The position numbers and the translations under genes were made by a program. 64,000 nt of DNA from an uncultured Polaribacter sp. (GTDB lineage Bacteria; Bacteroidota; Bacteroidia; Flavobacteriales; Flavobacteriaceae). The stretch lies in the NCBI GenBank assembly GCA_964565055.1, contig CAZMDC010000011.1:5103-69102 (forward strand), in the 5' to 3' direction. The notes under the pieces were generated by a model. The model searched no databases. It was not told where the DNA came from and worked only from the letters and a program-made list of their open reading frames with translations. This document shows positions 9,415-19,300 of this stretch, piece after piece; position 1 is the stretch's first letter, and every line of letters starts with the position of its first letter.

Positions 9415-10437
9415 TTAACTTATAAAAGGATAATCTTCTTGTTCATAAACCATATCGTATAATTGCTGAGTTTCTGGGTATGGAGACTCGTCTGCGAATT
9501 TTTCACATTCTTTTACCATACTTTTCACTTCTTTATCTATTGCAGCAATTTCATCTTCTGTTGCATATTCTTTTTCTAAGATGATGTCCTTTACCTGTGT
9601 GATAGGATCTATTTTTTTATACTCTTCAACCTCATCTTTAGTTCTATAGTGTTGAGCATCAGACATTGAATGACCTCTGTATCTATAGGTTTTCATTTCT
9701 AAAAATGTTGGTCCATCTCCACGTCTTGCTCTATCTAAAGCTTCATCTATTGCTTCTGCAACTTTAACAGGATTCATGGCATCTACTGGTCCACATGGCA
9801 TTTCGTAACCTAAACCTAATTTCCAAATATCTGAATGATTTGCAGTTCTTTCTACAGATGTACCCATTGCGTAACCATTATTTTCACAAATAAAAATTAC
9901 AGGTAACTTCCATAACATTGCCAGGTTAAAAGCTTCATGCAAAGAACCTTGTCTTGCAGCACCATCACCAAAACATGTTAAAGTAACGCCATCACTACCT
10001 TTATATTTATCTGCAAAAGCAATTCCAGCTCCTAAAGGTATTTGACCACCTACAATTCCATGACCACCATAAAAACCAAACTCTTTAGAAAAAATGTGCA
10101 TTGAGCCACCCATACCTTTTGAAGTACCAGTTGCTTTACCATATAATTCTGCCATCACTTTTTTAGGATCTTCACCCATACCAATGGGTTGCACATGGTT
10201 TCTGTATGCAGTTATCATTTTATCTTTAGATAAATCCATAGCATGTAAAGCACCTGCTAGTATGGCTTCTTGACCATTGTATAAATGTAAGAATCCTCTT
10301 ACTTTTTGTTGAATGTAAACCGAAGCAAGTTTGTCTTCGAACTTTCGCCAAAATAGCATGTCTTTGTACCAATCTAAATAGGTTTCTTTGGTGATTTTTT
10401 TCATTCTTAAAATTATTGTTAGTTTTTTATTACACAA
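9415..10437 (-). CDS. pdhA: Pyruvate dehydrogenase E1 component, alpha subunit (true start probably the MKKITKETY Met at 10404)
   Basis: TPP-binding region (GDGAARQGSLHEAFNLA..ENNGYAMGT) and a YRYRGHSMSD motif. It sits directly upstream of E2. Confidence 0.92.
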   Translation of the reverse strand: MCNKKLTIILRMKKITKETYLDWYKDMLFWRKFEDKLASVYIQQKVRGFLHLYNGQEAILAGALHAMDLSKDKMITAYRNHVQPIGMGEDPKKVMAELYGKATGTSKGMGGSMHIFSKEFGFYGGHGIVGGQIPLGAGIAFADKYKGSDGVTLTCFGDGAARQGSLHEAFNLAMLWKLPVIFICENNGYAMGTSVERTANHSDIWKLGLGYEMPCGPVDAMNPVKVAEAIDEALDRARRGDGPTFLEMKTYRYRGHSMSDAQHYRTKDEVEEYKKIDPITQVKDIILEKEYATEDEIAAIDKEVKSMVKECEKFADESPYPETQQLYDMVYEQEDYPFIS

Positions 10438-10530
10438 TAAACGTGTGCAACTACATTACAAAAATAAAGGTTTTATAAAGAATAAAAAAACTTGATTTTT
10501 TAAATTTAGCGCAAACGTTTTCGGAGACTT

Positions 10531-11202
10531 TTATTTGTCTTTTGCTATTAATAAAGTAGCTTTAGCTCCTGTTGCTAAATTCCATTCATTGGATGATATA
10601 AGCATACCTGCATCATTAAAAACTTTAAATGCTGCTGTGTTTGGACCAGAAGAACCTTGATTTAAAGCTTCGATAACAATTTTATTAATACCAACATTAA
10701 GTGGAATATTAAATTTTTGGTAGTTTGATGTTAGCGTTAAATTGTAAATTACAGGAATATCGTTAACAATAATGGTAACTCTATCTCCATCTGGATATTG
10801 GTAATCTCTACAAATAATATTAACACTTTTAGAATTAGTTCTAAAACTACCCAAATCTTGATCTATTTTAGGAATAATATATTGACCATTAATTTTTTTA
10901 AAAGATTTTAAAAACCGTTGTTCGTTTAATTTTGCTTTTGTAAGTATTTCTTTTTGGTTTAAGTTATTTTCTTTTTGTTGTTTTTTAAGCTTCTCTTTTT
11001 CTATTTCAAAAGCTTGTTCAAAACCTTTTGTGCCATCTAATTCTATTGATTTTGGCTTAATAACTACTTTAGCATTATTTAAAACAATTGCCTTTGTTTT
11101 TCCTTTTTCTTTAGTTCCTTTTTTTGTGTCTAACTGCGCAAAAAATACTGAAGAAGAAAAAAGTAAAGTACTTAAAAATAATTGTTTAATGTAAAGTTTC
11201 AT
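10531..11202 (-). CDS. Hypothetical secreted protein
   Basis: Signal peptide (LLFSSSVFFAQ), a Lys/Glu-rich helical middle and a beta-rich C-terminal half. I recognise no family. Confidence 0.5.
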   Translation of the reverse strand: MKLYIKQLFLSTLLFSSSVFFAQLDTKKGTKEKGKTKAIVLNNAKVVIKPKSIELDGTKGFEQAFEIEKEKLKKQQKENNLNQKEILTKAKLNEQRFLKSFKKINGQYIIPKIDQDLGSFRTNSKSVNIICRDYQYPDGDRVTIIVNDIPVIYNLTLTSNYQKFNIPLNVGINKIVIEALNQGSSGPNTAAFKVFNDAGMLISSNEWNLATGAKATLLIAKDK

Positions 11203-11278
11203 GATCTTGTATTTATAGCAATTAAGTACAAATATAATGCCGATTTTTATTGAAGTCGTTTATGAATTGTTAAAATTA

Positions 11279-11944
11279 CTATTCTATATTAAAATCGAAA
11301 TACGAATTTGGGTAAGGTTCATTTTTTAGGGTAAAATGCCACCATTCGTTTTCATATGGCTTAAATTGATGTTTTAACATAACCTCTCTCAAAAGCATTC
11401 TGTTTTTTATTTGAGTTTTGGAAATATTTTTATAAAATGGATGTGATGCAACTCCAAAAAAATCATAAGGACTTCCCATATCTAATTCTTTATTGGTTTT
11501 TACATCGATAATAGTTAAATCTACTGTGCTACCTCTTGTATGACCTGATTTTGAAGCAATATAGCCTCTTTTAAATAATTCAGATTTTGGAACATCAGGA
11601 TAATATTCTTTTTTCATCAATGTGTCATTCATCACTTTAGCCCATTTTACAAAGTGATTAACAGCTTTTTGTGGTCTGTAAGCATCAAAAACTTTTAAAG
11701 AGAGTCCTTTACTTAAAAGTTCTTGTTGTACTTTCTGTAAAGCCAATGCTGTTTTATTAGTGACTATAACACAATTATTTACATAACCTTGTATTGGTTT
11801 TCCTATAAAATTATTATTAGATAAATAACGAAGTTCGCTTTGAATTGTAGGCTCAATATCAGTTAAATACACAAAGTTTTCTGGTTTGGTTTGGCAAAAA
11901 GCTATAAAACTCGTGAGGTAAATGCAAAAGAAAATTTTTTTCAT
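11279..11944 (-). CDS. D-alanyl-D-alanine dipeptidase (M15D, VanX/DdpX-like)
   Basis: Zinc-site motifs SGHTRGSTVDLT and EWWHF, a signal peptide, and the ~220-aa size typical of VanX-type dipeptidases. Confidence 0.8.
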   Translation of the reverse strand: MKKIFFCIYLTSFIAFCQTKPENFVYLTDIEPTIQSELRYLSNNNFIGKPIQGYVNNCVIVTNKTALALQKVQQELLSKGLSLKVFDAYRPQKAVNHFVKWAKVMNDTLMKKEYYPDVPKSELFKRGYIASKSGHTRGSTVDLTIIDVKTNKELDMGSPYDFFGVASHPFYKNISKTQIKNRMLLREVMLKHQFKPYENEWWHFTLKNEPYPNSYFDFNIE

Positions 11945-11966
11945 AAAATAAGCTTACTTACAAAAG

Positions 11967-12728
11967 TTATTTAGAACTATATCTTGCATAAAAGTACTGA
12001 AAAATACCATAAGAGATAAAACCTATAGCCATTACAGCCATTAAAAAGTTTCCTAAAGTTAAACTTTGTAAATAACTAAACATTTCTTGTGTACCTTTTA
12101 CTTGATTTGGATTGCTATTTGATGATGCTTTAAAAATAAACCAAGAGAAAATTAAAAAAGAAACTCCTCTTGATACAATTCCCAAACCACCAGATTTTTT
12201 TAAAAAATCAAAAGATTCTATGTTGTTTGTTTTTTTGATGTTTTTTAAATAATTTTTACTAAAAGCAATATAAAACTGGTTTATGCCAGAAATAAGTACG
12301 ATAAGTGCAATGCTATACAGTATATAAATTCCGTTTTCTATGTCTATAATTTTAGAAACTACAGTTTCTTTAGAAACCCTGTTTAACTTAAGGTTAAATA
12401 CTTGGTAAAGTATTGATAAAGAAAAGGAAGCGTAAATTAAACCTCTAAAAAAGTAATCAATTGAATAGACAAATTTATTTTTTGTATTCTTTTCTTTTAA
12501 AACAATAAACGATTTATAAAAGCGCCAAATAGCATAAGATAACATCCCTATACCTAAAATAAATAAAAGAATTTTACCAAATAGTTGTTGTTCTAAAAAG
12601 CTAATAACACTGTTTTTATTGGCTATTTTACCACCTAAATTAAATGCTGCTAAAAAGGTTAAAACACCAATTGTAGCATAAATAAATCCTTTTGTTAAAA
12701 AACCAAATTTTCTTACTTTTTGAATCAT
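11967..12728 (-). CDS. DUF1206-like multi-pass membrane protein
   Basis: Three repeated paired-TM units with a G..Y....G motif (KGFIYATIGVLTF, RGLIYASFSL, RGVSFLIFSWF). Confidence 0.55.
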   Translation of the reverse strand: MIQKVRKFGFLTKGFIYATIGVLTFLAAFNLGGKIANKNSVISFLEQQLFGKILLFILGIGMLSYAIWRFYKSFIVLKEKNTKNKFVYSIDYFFRGLIYASFSLSILYQVFNLKLNRVSKETVVSKIIDIENGIYILYSIALIVLISGINQFYIAFSKNYLKNIKKTNNIESFDFLKKSGGLGIVSRGVSFLIFSWFIFKASSNSNPNQVKGTQEMFSYLQSLTLGNFLMAVMAIGFISYGIFQYFYARYSSK

Positions 12729-12792
12729 AAATTATAGTCTACCTCAAAAATATATGTAAAATAGGTCTTTTTTTAATGCATTCCACTTAAAT

Positions 12793-13214
12793 TTGAATGC
12801 TATTAATTTTTTTATGATCGAAGAATTTACACTTACAACTCCTGCTTTACTATTTTCTGCAATTTCATTGATTATGCTAGCTTATACCAATAGGTTTTTA
12901 GCTTATGCAGCTGTAATAAGGAGTTTACACGATAAATATTTAAAAGAGAAAGATGACTCTATTTTAAGACAAATTAAAAATTTAAAATTAAGATTATATC
13001 TAACCAAGTGGATGCAAATCTTTGGAATTACTAGTCTTTTGTTTTGTGTGTTAACTATGTTTTTAATTTACAATTAATTGCAGCTTGGATCTTTGGTTTT
13101 GGATTAATTCTGTTAATAATTTCTTTAGCATTTTTAATTAAAGAAATACAAATTTCTACAAAAGCATTACAACATCATATTGCTGATATAGAAGAGTACT
13201 TAAATAAAAAGTAA
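12793..13214 (+). pseudogene. DUF2721-like membrane protein gene interrupted by a frameshift at a T5 run (13060-13064)
   Basis: Frame 1 (12793-13077) ends ...CVLTMFLIYN*. The family-typical C-terminus IAAWIFGFGLILLIISLAFLIKEIQISTKALQHHIADIEEYLNKK* continues in the -1 frame (13077-13214). Adding one T to the T5 run gives a single 140-aa ORF. Confidence 0.65.
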
Positions 13215-15068
13215 TTACTTTCTTTCTAGTAAGTCTCTATAGGAATTTTGGGTAAGCGCTTTACCTAAAGAGTCTAGTTTATTGGTGTTTCCAACATTAA
13301 GAACTGGTTTTTGTAAAACATAATCGTACACAAAAGCACCTTTTTTATCTAGTATACCAAAACCTTTATTGTAGGTATAATATGCAAATTGATTTTGAGA
13401 ATTGTTAAGCAAACTTTTTCCAAAAACAAATTTACTGTTATCTCCATTTAATAAATCTAAAAGAGTGTAAGAAAAGTCTACTTGAGTAGCAATACTATTT
13501 ATTTCTTTAATAGTAGTATTTACAGCTCCACCTAGCCAAAGCATAGGTATTTTAAATTTTTTAGGAGAATTGTATTCACCTTCGTGAATTGGCAAACGGT
13601 TTCCATGATCTGCCATTATTACAATTAAAGTATTATTATACCAATCTTGCTTTTTAGCAAATGTGATAAAATCACCAATAACTTTATCTGTATAATAGTG
13701 AGAGCTTCTATATAAATTATCTTCTGTGTCTTTGCCAAAAAGGTATTCTCCTCTAATCTCAAATGGTTCATGACTAGAAAGAGTTAATGCTATCTTAAAA
13801 AAAGGTTCTTCTTGTTTTGTTGATAAATCATCTGCAAAACGTTTCATAAACACATCATCAAATGCACCCCATTTAGAACTCCAATCTTTGCTGTCAAAAT
13901 CATTACCATCAATAAAATTTGAGATTCCTGCACTCCTTAAATACGTATTCATGTTTCCGAAATTAAAATCGCCTCCATAATAAAAAGAAGTTGTATACCC
14001 TAACTTAGCCATTTCTTTGGGTAACATTGGTAAACTCCTAGTTTTATTAGGCATTCTCATAATTTTTTTTGTGGGTTGAGGGTAATATCCACTTAAAATT
14101 GCTGGTATTCCCTTGTCAGTTCTATCTCCATTTGCATAAAAGTTGGTAAACAAAACTCCTTCTTTAGAAAGTTGATTTAGATTAGGAGTAACATTTGGTT
14201 CACCTCCTAAAGAGCCAACAATTTTTGCAGACAAACTTTCCCAAATAATGAGAATAACATTTGGTTTTTTATTGATTAAAATACTGTCTTTATTTGATGT
14301 TAAAAGTTCCTTTTTTCTATTTTGAATTATTTCTTGAGTAGTTTGCTCATCAAATTTTTTGTAAGGATTTCCCTTATCAGTTTTATGACTAATTGTGTTT
14401 GAAAAATTCCACATAAAATTAATAGCTGCATGATTTGCAAACATATTATTAGAAAAATACACATTACTTTGGTTAACAGGTATGGTTTGTAAGCCTCCTC
14501 TTATTGGTATAATTAAAGCAGCTAGAACTACTATAAATACGGGTATTTCTAACCATTTTCCAAACTGAATTCTTTCTTTATTTTTTTGATGAATGTTTTT
14601 GTAAATACGAATAAAAAGAAATGAAATTAAAACCCAACCAATAATTCCTGAAACTAATTGAAAGTTAGAAGTAGAGGAAATCATTAAAGTTGGTGTGTTT
14701 AAATAATCTAATAAAGATGCATCTAAACGTAAACCCCAAGCTTCATATAAACCAGCATCAATTAACATTAATAAAGTTAGAGTTACTATTAATATTTGAG
14801 TATAGATTTTAATAACTTTTCTAATACTTTTTGGAGAGATTATAATTGAAACTATAATTAATAAAAAGGGAAAAACAACCAAATAAGCTGCAAAAGAAAG
14901 ATCTAACTGTATACCTTTAGTAAAGGTTTGTAAAGTTGTTTTAACAGAAAGTTCTTGTGTTTTATCAATATAATATAGCAAGAAAAAGATGCGCGCAAAA
15001 ACAAAATACAAAAGCCAAAAGAGAAAGTATTTTACATTAAATAAAAACCTATTAAATATATTTTTCAT
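13215..15068 (-). CDS. LTA synthase family / sulfatase-domain phosphotransferase (membrane-anchored)
   Basis: About five N-terminal TM helices followed by an alkaline-phosphatase-superfamily domain (ILIIWESLSAK, NGDRTDKGIPAILSG, MADHGN). Confidence 0.8.
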   Translation of the reverse strand: MKNIFNRFLFNVKYFLFWLLYFVFARIFFLLYYIDKTQELSVKTTLQTFTKGIQLDLSFAAYLVVFPFLLIIVSIIISPKSIRKVIKIYTQILIVTLTLLMLIDAGLYEAWGLRLDASLLDYLNTPTLMISSTSNFQLVSGIIGWVLISFLFIRIYKNIHQKNKERIQFGKWLEIPVFIVVLAALIIPIRGGLQTIPVNQSNVYFSNNMFANHAAINFMWNFSNTISHKTDKGNPYKKFDEQTTQEIIQNRKKELLTSNKDSILINKKPNVILIIWESLSAKIVGSLGGEPNVTPNLNQLSKEGVLFTNFYANGDRTDKGIPAILSGYYPQPTKKIMRMPNKTRSLPMLPKEMAKLGYTTSFYYGGDFNFGNMNTYLRSAGISNFIDGNDFDSKDWSSKWGAFDDVFMKRFADDLSTKQEEPFFKIALTLSSHEPFEIRGEYLFGKDTEDNLYRSSHYYTDKVIGDFITFAKKQDWYNNTLIVIMADHGNRLPIHEGEYNSPKKFKIPMLWLGGAVNTTIKEINSIATQVDFSYTLLDLLNGDNSKFVFGKSLLNNSQNQFAYYTYNKGFGILDKKGAFVYDYVLQKPVLNVGNTNKLDSLGKALTQNSYRDLLERK

Positions 15069-15073
15069 AAAAG

Positions 15074-16099
15074 TTAATCGATTACTTTTAAACGTGCTTT
15101 TGCTGTAGTTGACATATTATCGTAGTCAGTTTTTAAATATTTTAAATACCCAGTAATAGCAATCATAGCTGCATTATCTGTAGTGAATTCAAATTTTGGG
15201 ATGTAAGTAGACCAACCCCAATGTTTTTCTGCTAAAACCAATCGATTTCTAATTGCAGAGTTTGCAGAAACTCCACCAGCAATGGCTATTTGTTTTATGC
15301 CTGTTTCTTTTACAGCATTTTTTAGTTTATCCATTAAAATTTCAACAATGGTAAACTGTATAGATGCGCAAATATCATGTAAATTCTCTTTAATAAAATT
15401 TGGGTTTTTGCGCTCTTCTTTCTGAATAAAATATAAAATACCCGTTTTTAAACCACTAAAGCTAAAATCTAAATCGCCAACTTTTGGTTTTGTAAATTTA
15501 TAAGCTTTTGGGTTTCCTAATTGTGCATATTTATCAATTAATGGTCCTCCAGGATAAGGAAGCCCAAGAATCTTTGCAGATTTATCAAAAGCTTCTCCAA
15601 CAGCATCATCAATAGTTTCTCCTAAAATCTCCATATCAAAATGGTCATTTACTTTTACAATTTGCGTATGACCACCACTTATGGTTAAGCAAATAAATGG
15701 AAAAGATGGTTTTTTATTAGTTTCATCATCAATAAAATGTGCTAAAATATGAGCTTTCATATGGTTTATTGCTAAAAGTGGAATTTCTAAACCTAGTGCT
15801 AATGATTTTGCGAAAGAGGTTCCAACAAGCAAAGAACCCATTAAACCAGGTCCTTTTGTAAACGCAATTGCAGTTAAATCTTCTTTAGTAATACTAGCTT
15901 GTTCTAAAGCTTGTTGAACAACTGGCACTATATTTTGTTGATGAGCTCTAGATGCTAATTCAGGAACTACGCCTCCATATTTTGCATGAATTTCTTGATT
16001 TGCAACAACATTGCTAAGTACTTTTGAGTTACAGGTAACTGCAGCACTTGTATCATCGCAAGAAGATTCTATGGCTAATATATAAATTGGCTTTTTCAT
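15074..16099 (-). CDS. tsaD: tRNA N6-adenosine threonylcarbamoyltransferase
   Basis: Kae1/TsaD motifs ILAIESSCDDTSAA, HxxxH metal site (NHMKAHI) and GGVSANS. Confidence 0.95.
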   Translation of the reverse strand: MKKPIYILAIESSCDDTSAAVTCNSKVLSNVVANQEIHAKYGGVVPELASRAHQQNIVPVVQQALEQASITKEDLTAIAFTKGPGLMGSLLVGTSFAKSLALGLEIPLLAINHMKAHILAHFIDDETNKKPSFPFICLTISGGHTQIVKVNDHFDMEILGETIDDAVGEAFDKSAKILGLPYPGGPLIDKYAQLGNPKAYKFTKPKVGDLDFSFSGLKTGILYFIQKEERKNPNFIKENLHDICASIQFTIVEILMDKLKNAVKETGIKQIAIAGGVSANSAIRNRLVLAEKHWGWSTYIPKFEFTTDNAAMIAITGYLKYLKTDYDNMSTTAKARLKVID

Positions 16100-16312
16100 A
16101 AAGAAATACTTAAATTACTGCAAAATTAAGTATAATTTTAAGGATGCTTTATTTTTTAAGAATAGAAATTTAATTCTTTGTTAAATTTGCACGTTCTTTG
16201 TAATAAAGCACATCTTTTTGACATTTTAACACTTACAAATAATATTGTTTTTTAAAACCTAATTATCATTAAAAATACAAGCAAAAAACTTCTCAAATTC
16301 TTAGGGTACTTT

Positions 16313-19300
16313 GTGCTCTTTTTGTTATTGTTAAGTGTTTTGCTTTCTATATCTCCAGTTCAAACAAAGTTAGGTAGCTATTTTACAAACAAAATCAATA
16401 AAGATTTTAGTACCAACCTAAATATAAACAAAGTAGATTTCTCATTTTTAGGAAGTGTAAAGTTTAGAGGAATAGAAATAAGAGATCATCATAAAGACAC
16501 GTTAATTTTTGTTGATAAACTTACAACATCAGTTTTTAATGCTCGTAAAATTCTAAATAATGAAGTTAATTTAGGACCTATTTATTTAGAGGATGCATAT
16601 TATCACATGAAAACTTATAAAGGAGAAGAAGATGATAATATGGCTATTTTTATTGATTCTTTTGATGATGGTAAAGAAAAAGATTCTCTAAACCCTTTTA
16701 TTTTAAAAAGTAAAAATGTTTATGTAGATAATCTAGATTTTAAGTTAATAGATGCAAATAAGCAAGACTCTTTGGTTTACTTTGTAAATAACGCTGGTGG
16801 TAATTTACAAGATTTAAGTATTGTTGGTCCAGATTTTTCTGCAAACATAAGAGGATTATATTTTAAAGATAAATTCGATGTAAAAGTCACAAACCTCACC
16901 ACAAACTTTTCTTATTCTAAAACTGCAATGCATTTTAAGCATACGAAATTAGAAACTAAAAATACAGCCATTAGTGGAGATATTGATTTTTACTACAAAA
17001 GAGAAGATTTAGCAGATTTTGTAAATAAGGTAAAAATAAATGCCAATTTTAAGAATAGTAAAGTAGCCATACAAGACATTAAAAAATTTTATAATGAATT
17101 AGAAAGTTTAGATGTATTAGATTTTAAAGGAAAATTAGATGGATACTTAAATAATTTTGATGTAAATAAACTATTGCTCACCTCTAAAAGAGGATTAAAA
17201 ATAGATGGAGATTTAAGTTTCGTAAATGCTGTAAATACAGAAAGAGGCTTTGTTTTTGAAGGCGATTTAAACAACTTAAAAGCCACATACACTGAGTTAA
17301 AAAAAATATTACCAAATGTTTTAGGTAAAAATGTGCCTTCTGAATTTAATAAGTTGGGTTGGTTTACTTTGCAAGGTAAATTGCGAGTAACCCCAGATCA
17401 AATGAAGGCTTCTGTAACTGTGAATTCAGAAATTGGAGGCGCAATTACAGATTTACAACTTACAAACATAGATAATATAGACTACGCAATTTATGATGGT
17501 ACAATAGCTCTTGAAGAATTTAATATTGGCGAGTTTTTTAACGATCCGCTTTTTGGAATTTTATCTTTAAAAGGAGATGTTAATGGAAGTGGTTTTAAGT
17601 TGACAAACATCGACACTAAATTTGATGGAACTGTTTCTCAATTTGAGTTTAAAAATTACATTTATAATAATATTGTTGCAAATGGCCAATACCAAAACAA
17701 TAAATTTGATGGAGATTTAAAAATTGATGACAAAAATTTTAAAATGCAATTTACAGGACTTGCAGATTTATCATCAACCATAAATAAATTCGATTTTAAA
17801 TCTAATATTGATTTTCTAAACCTTAAAAAAACTAATTTATTTATTAGAGATAGTACAGCCTTACTAAAAGGCAATATAACTTTAGATGTAGAAGGAAATA
17901 CTTTAGATGATATTGTTGGAGTAGCAGTTTTTAAAGATGTTTTTTATACCAATCAAAAAAAAGAATTTAGCTTTAAAGAGTTTAACGTGTATTCGTCTAT
18001 AAAAGACAGTATTAAGAGAATAGATGTTACATCAGAAGATATTGCTAATGGGTATTTGTCTGGTAAATTTACGTTTTCAGAAGTACCAAAGGTGGCACAA
18101 AATGCTTTAGGAAGTATTTATACCAATTATGAACCCTATAATGTTGCACCTAATCAATTTTTAGACTTTAATTTTACAATTTACAATCAAATTGTTACCG
18201 TTTTTTTTCCTGAAATAGCTATAGATGATAATACTAAAATTAAAGGTAAAATAGAGTCTAATAAAGATCAACTAAAACTTACATTCTCATCACCAAGAAT
18301 AGATGCTTATGGTAATGAATTAAAAGATGTTTTATTAAGAACAGATAATCAAAATCCGCTTTATAATTCACATTTAACAGCCTCTGAATTCAATACTAAA
18401 TACTACAATATTTCTAAGTTAAACTTATTGAATAGAACTCAAAATGATACGCTGTTTTTTAAATCAGAATTTAATGGAGGATTACAAGATAAAGAGAATT
18501 TTAATTTAGATTTTTATTATACAATTAATCAAGATAAAAAATCAGTTTTAGGTTTTGAGAAATCTACATTCGTATTTAAAAATACAGCTTGGAAAATAAA
18601 TCCTGATGAAAAAAATACAGACAAAATTGTATTTGATTTAAAGAATGATGAATTCAACTTTAACACCTTTAAATTAACATCAGGAAAACAAATAATTGGA
18701 TTTACAGGAAGTATTATTGGTAATACAGAAAAAACACTTTTAGCAGAATTAACCAAAGTAAAACTACAAAGTTTTCTGCCAGAAATAGATAGTCTAGCTT
18801 TAAAAGGCAGTGTAACAGGAAACGTAGATTTTGTTCAAAAAGATAATCAATACAAACCAGAAGCTTTACTAGTTATTAAAGATTTTGAAGTAAATGATTT
18901 TAAACAAGGTGAGTTGGCAATTAATGTTGTTGGAGATAATGCTTACGATAAATTTAATGTAGATTTATCTATAAAAAACGAAAAAGTAAAAAGTATTGCA
19001 GCAACTGGGTCTTTAGATTTTTCAAATAAAAGACCATTAATAGATTTACAAGTATTTTTAGAAGATTACAATTTAGAAGCATTTAGTCCATTAGGTAAAG
19101 AAGTTATTTCCTCTTTAAGAGGCATTGTGTCAGGTGATTTTAATTTAAGAGGTTTTTTAAGAAATCCAGAAATGGATGGTACTTTACGTTTAAAAAACGC
19201 AGGTTTAAAATTTCCTTATTTAAATGTTGATTTGGATTTTGAAGGGCAATCTACAATTTCACTTTCAGAGCAATCTTTTATTTTAGAAAACATACAACTT

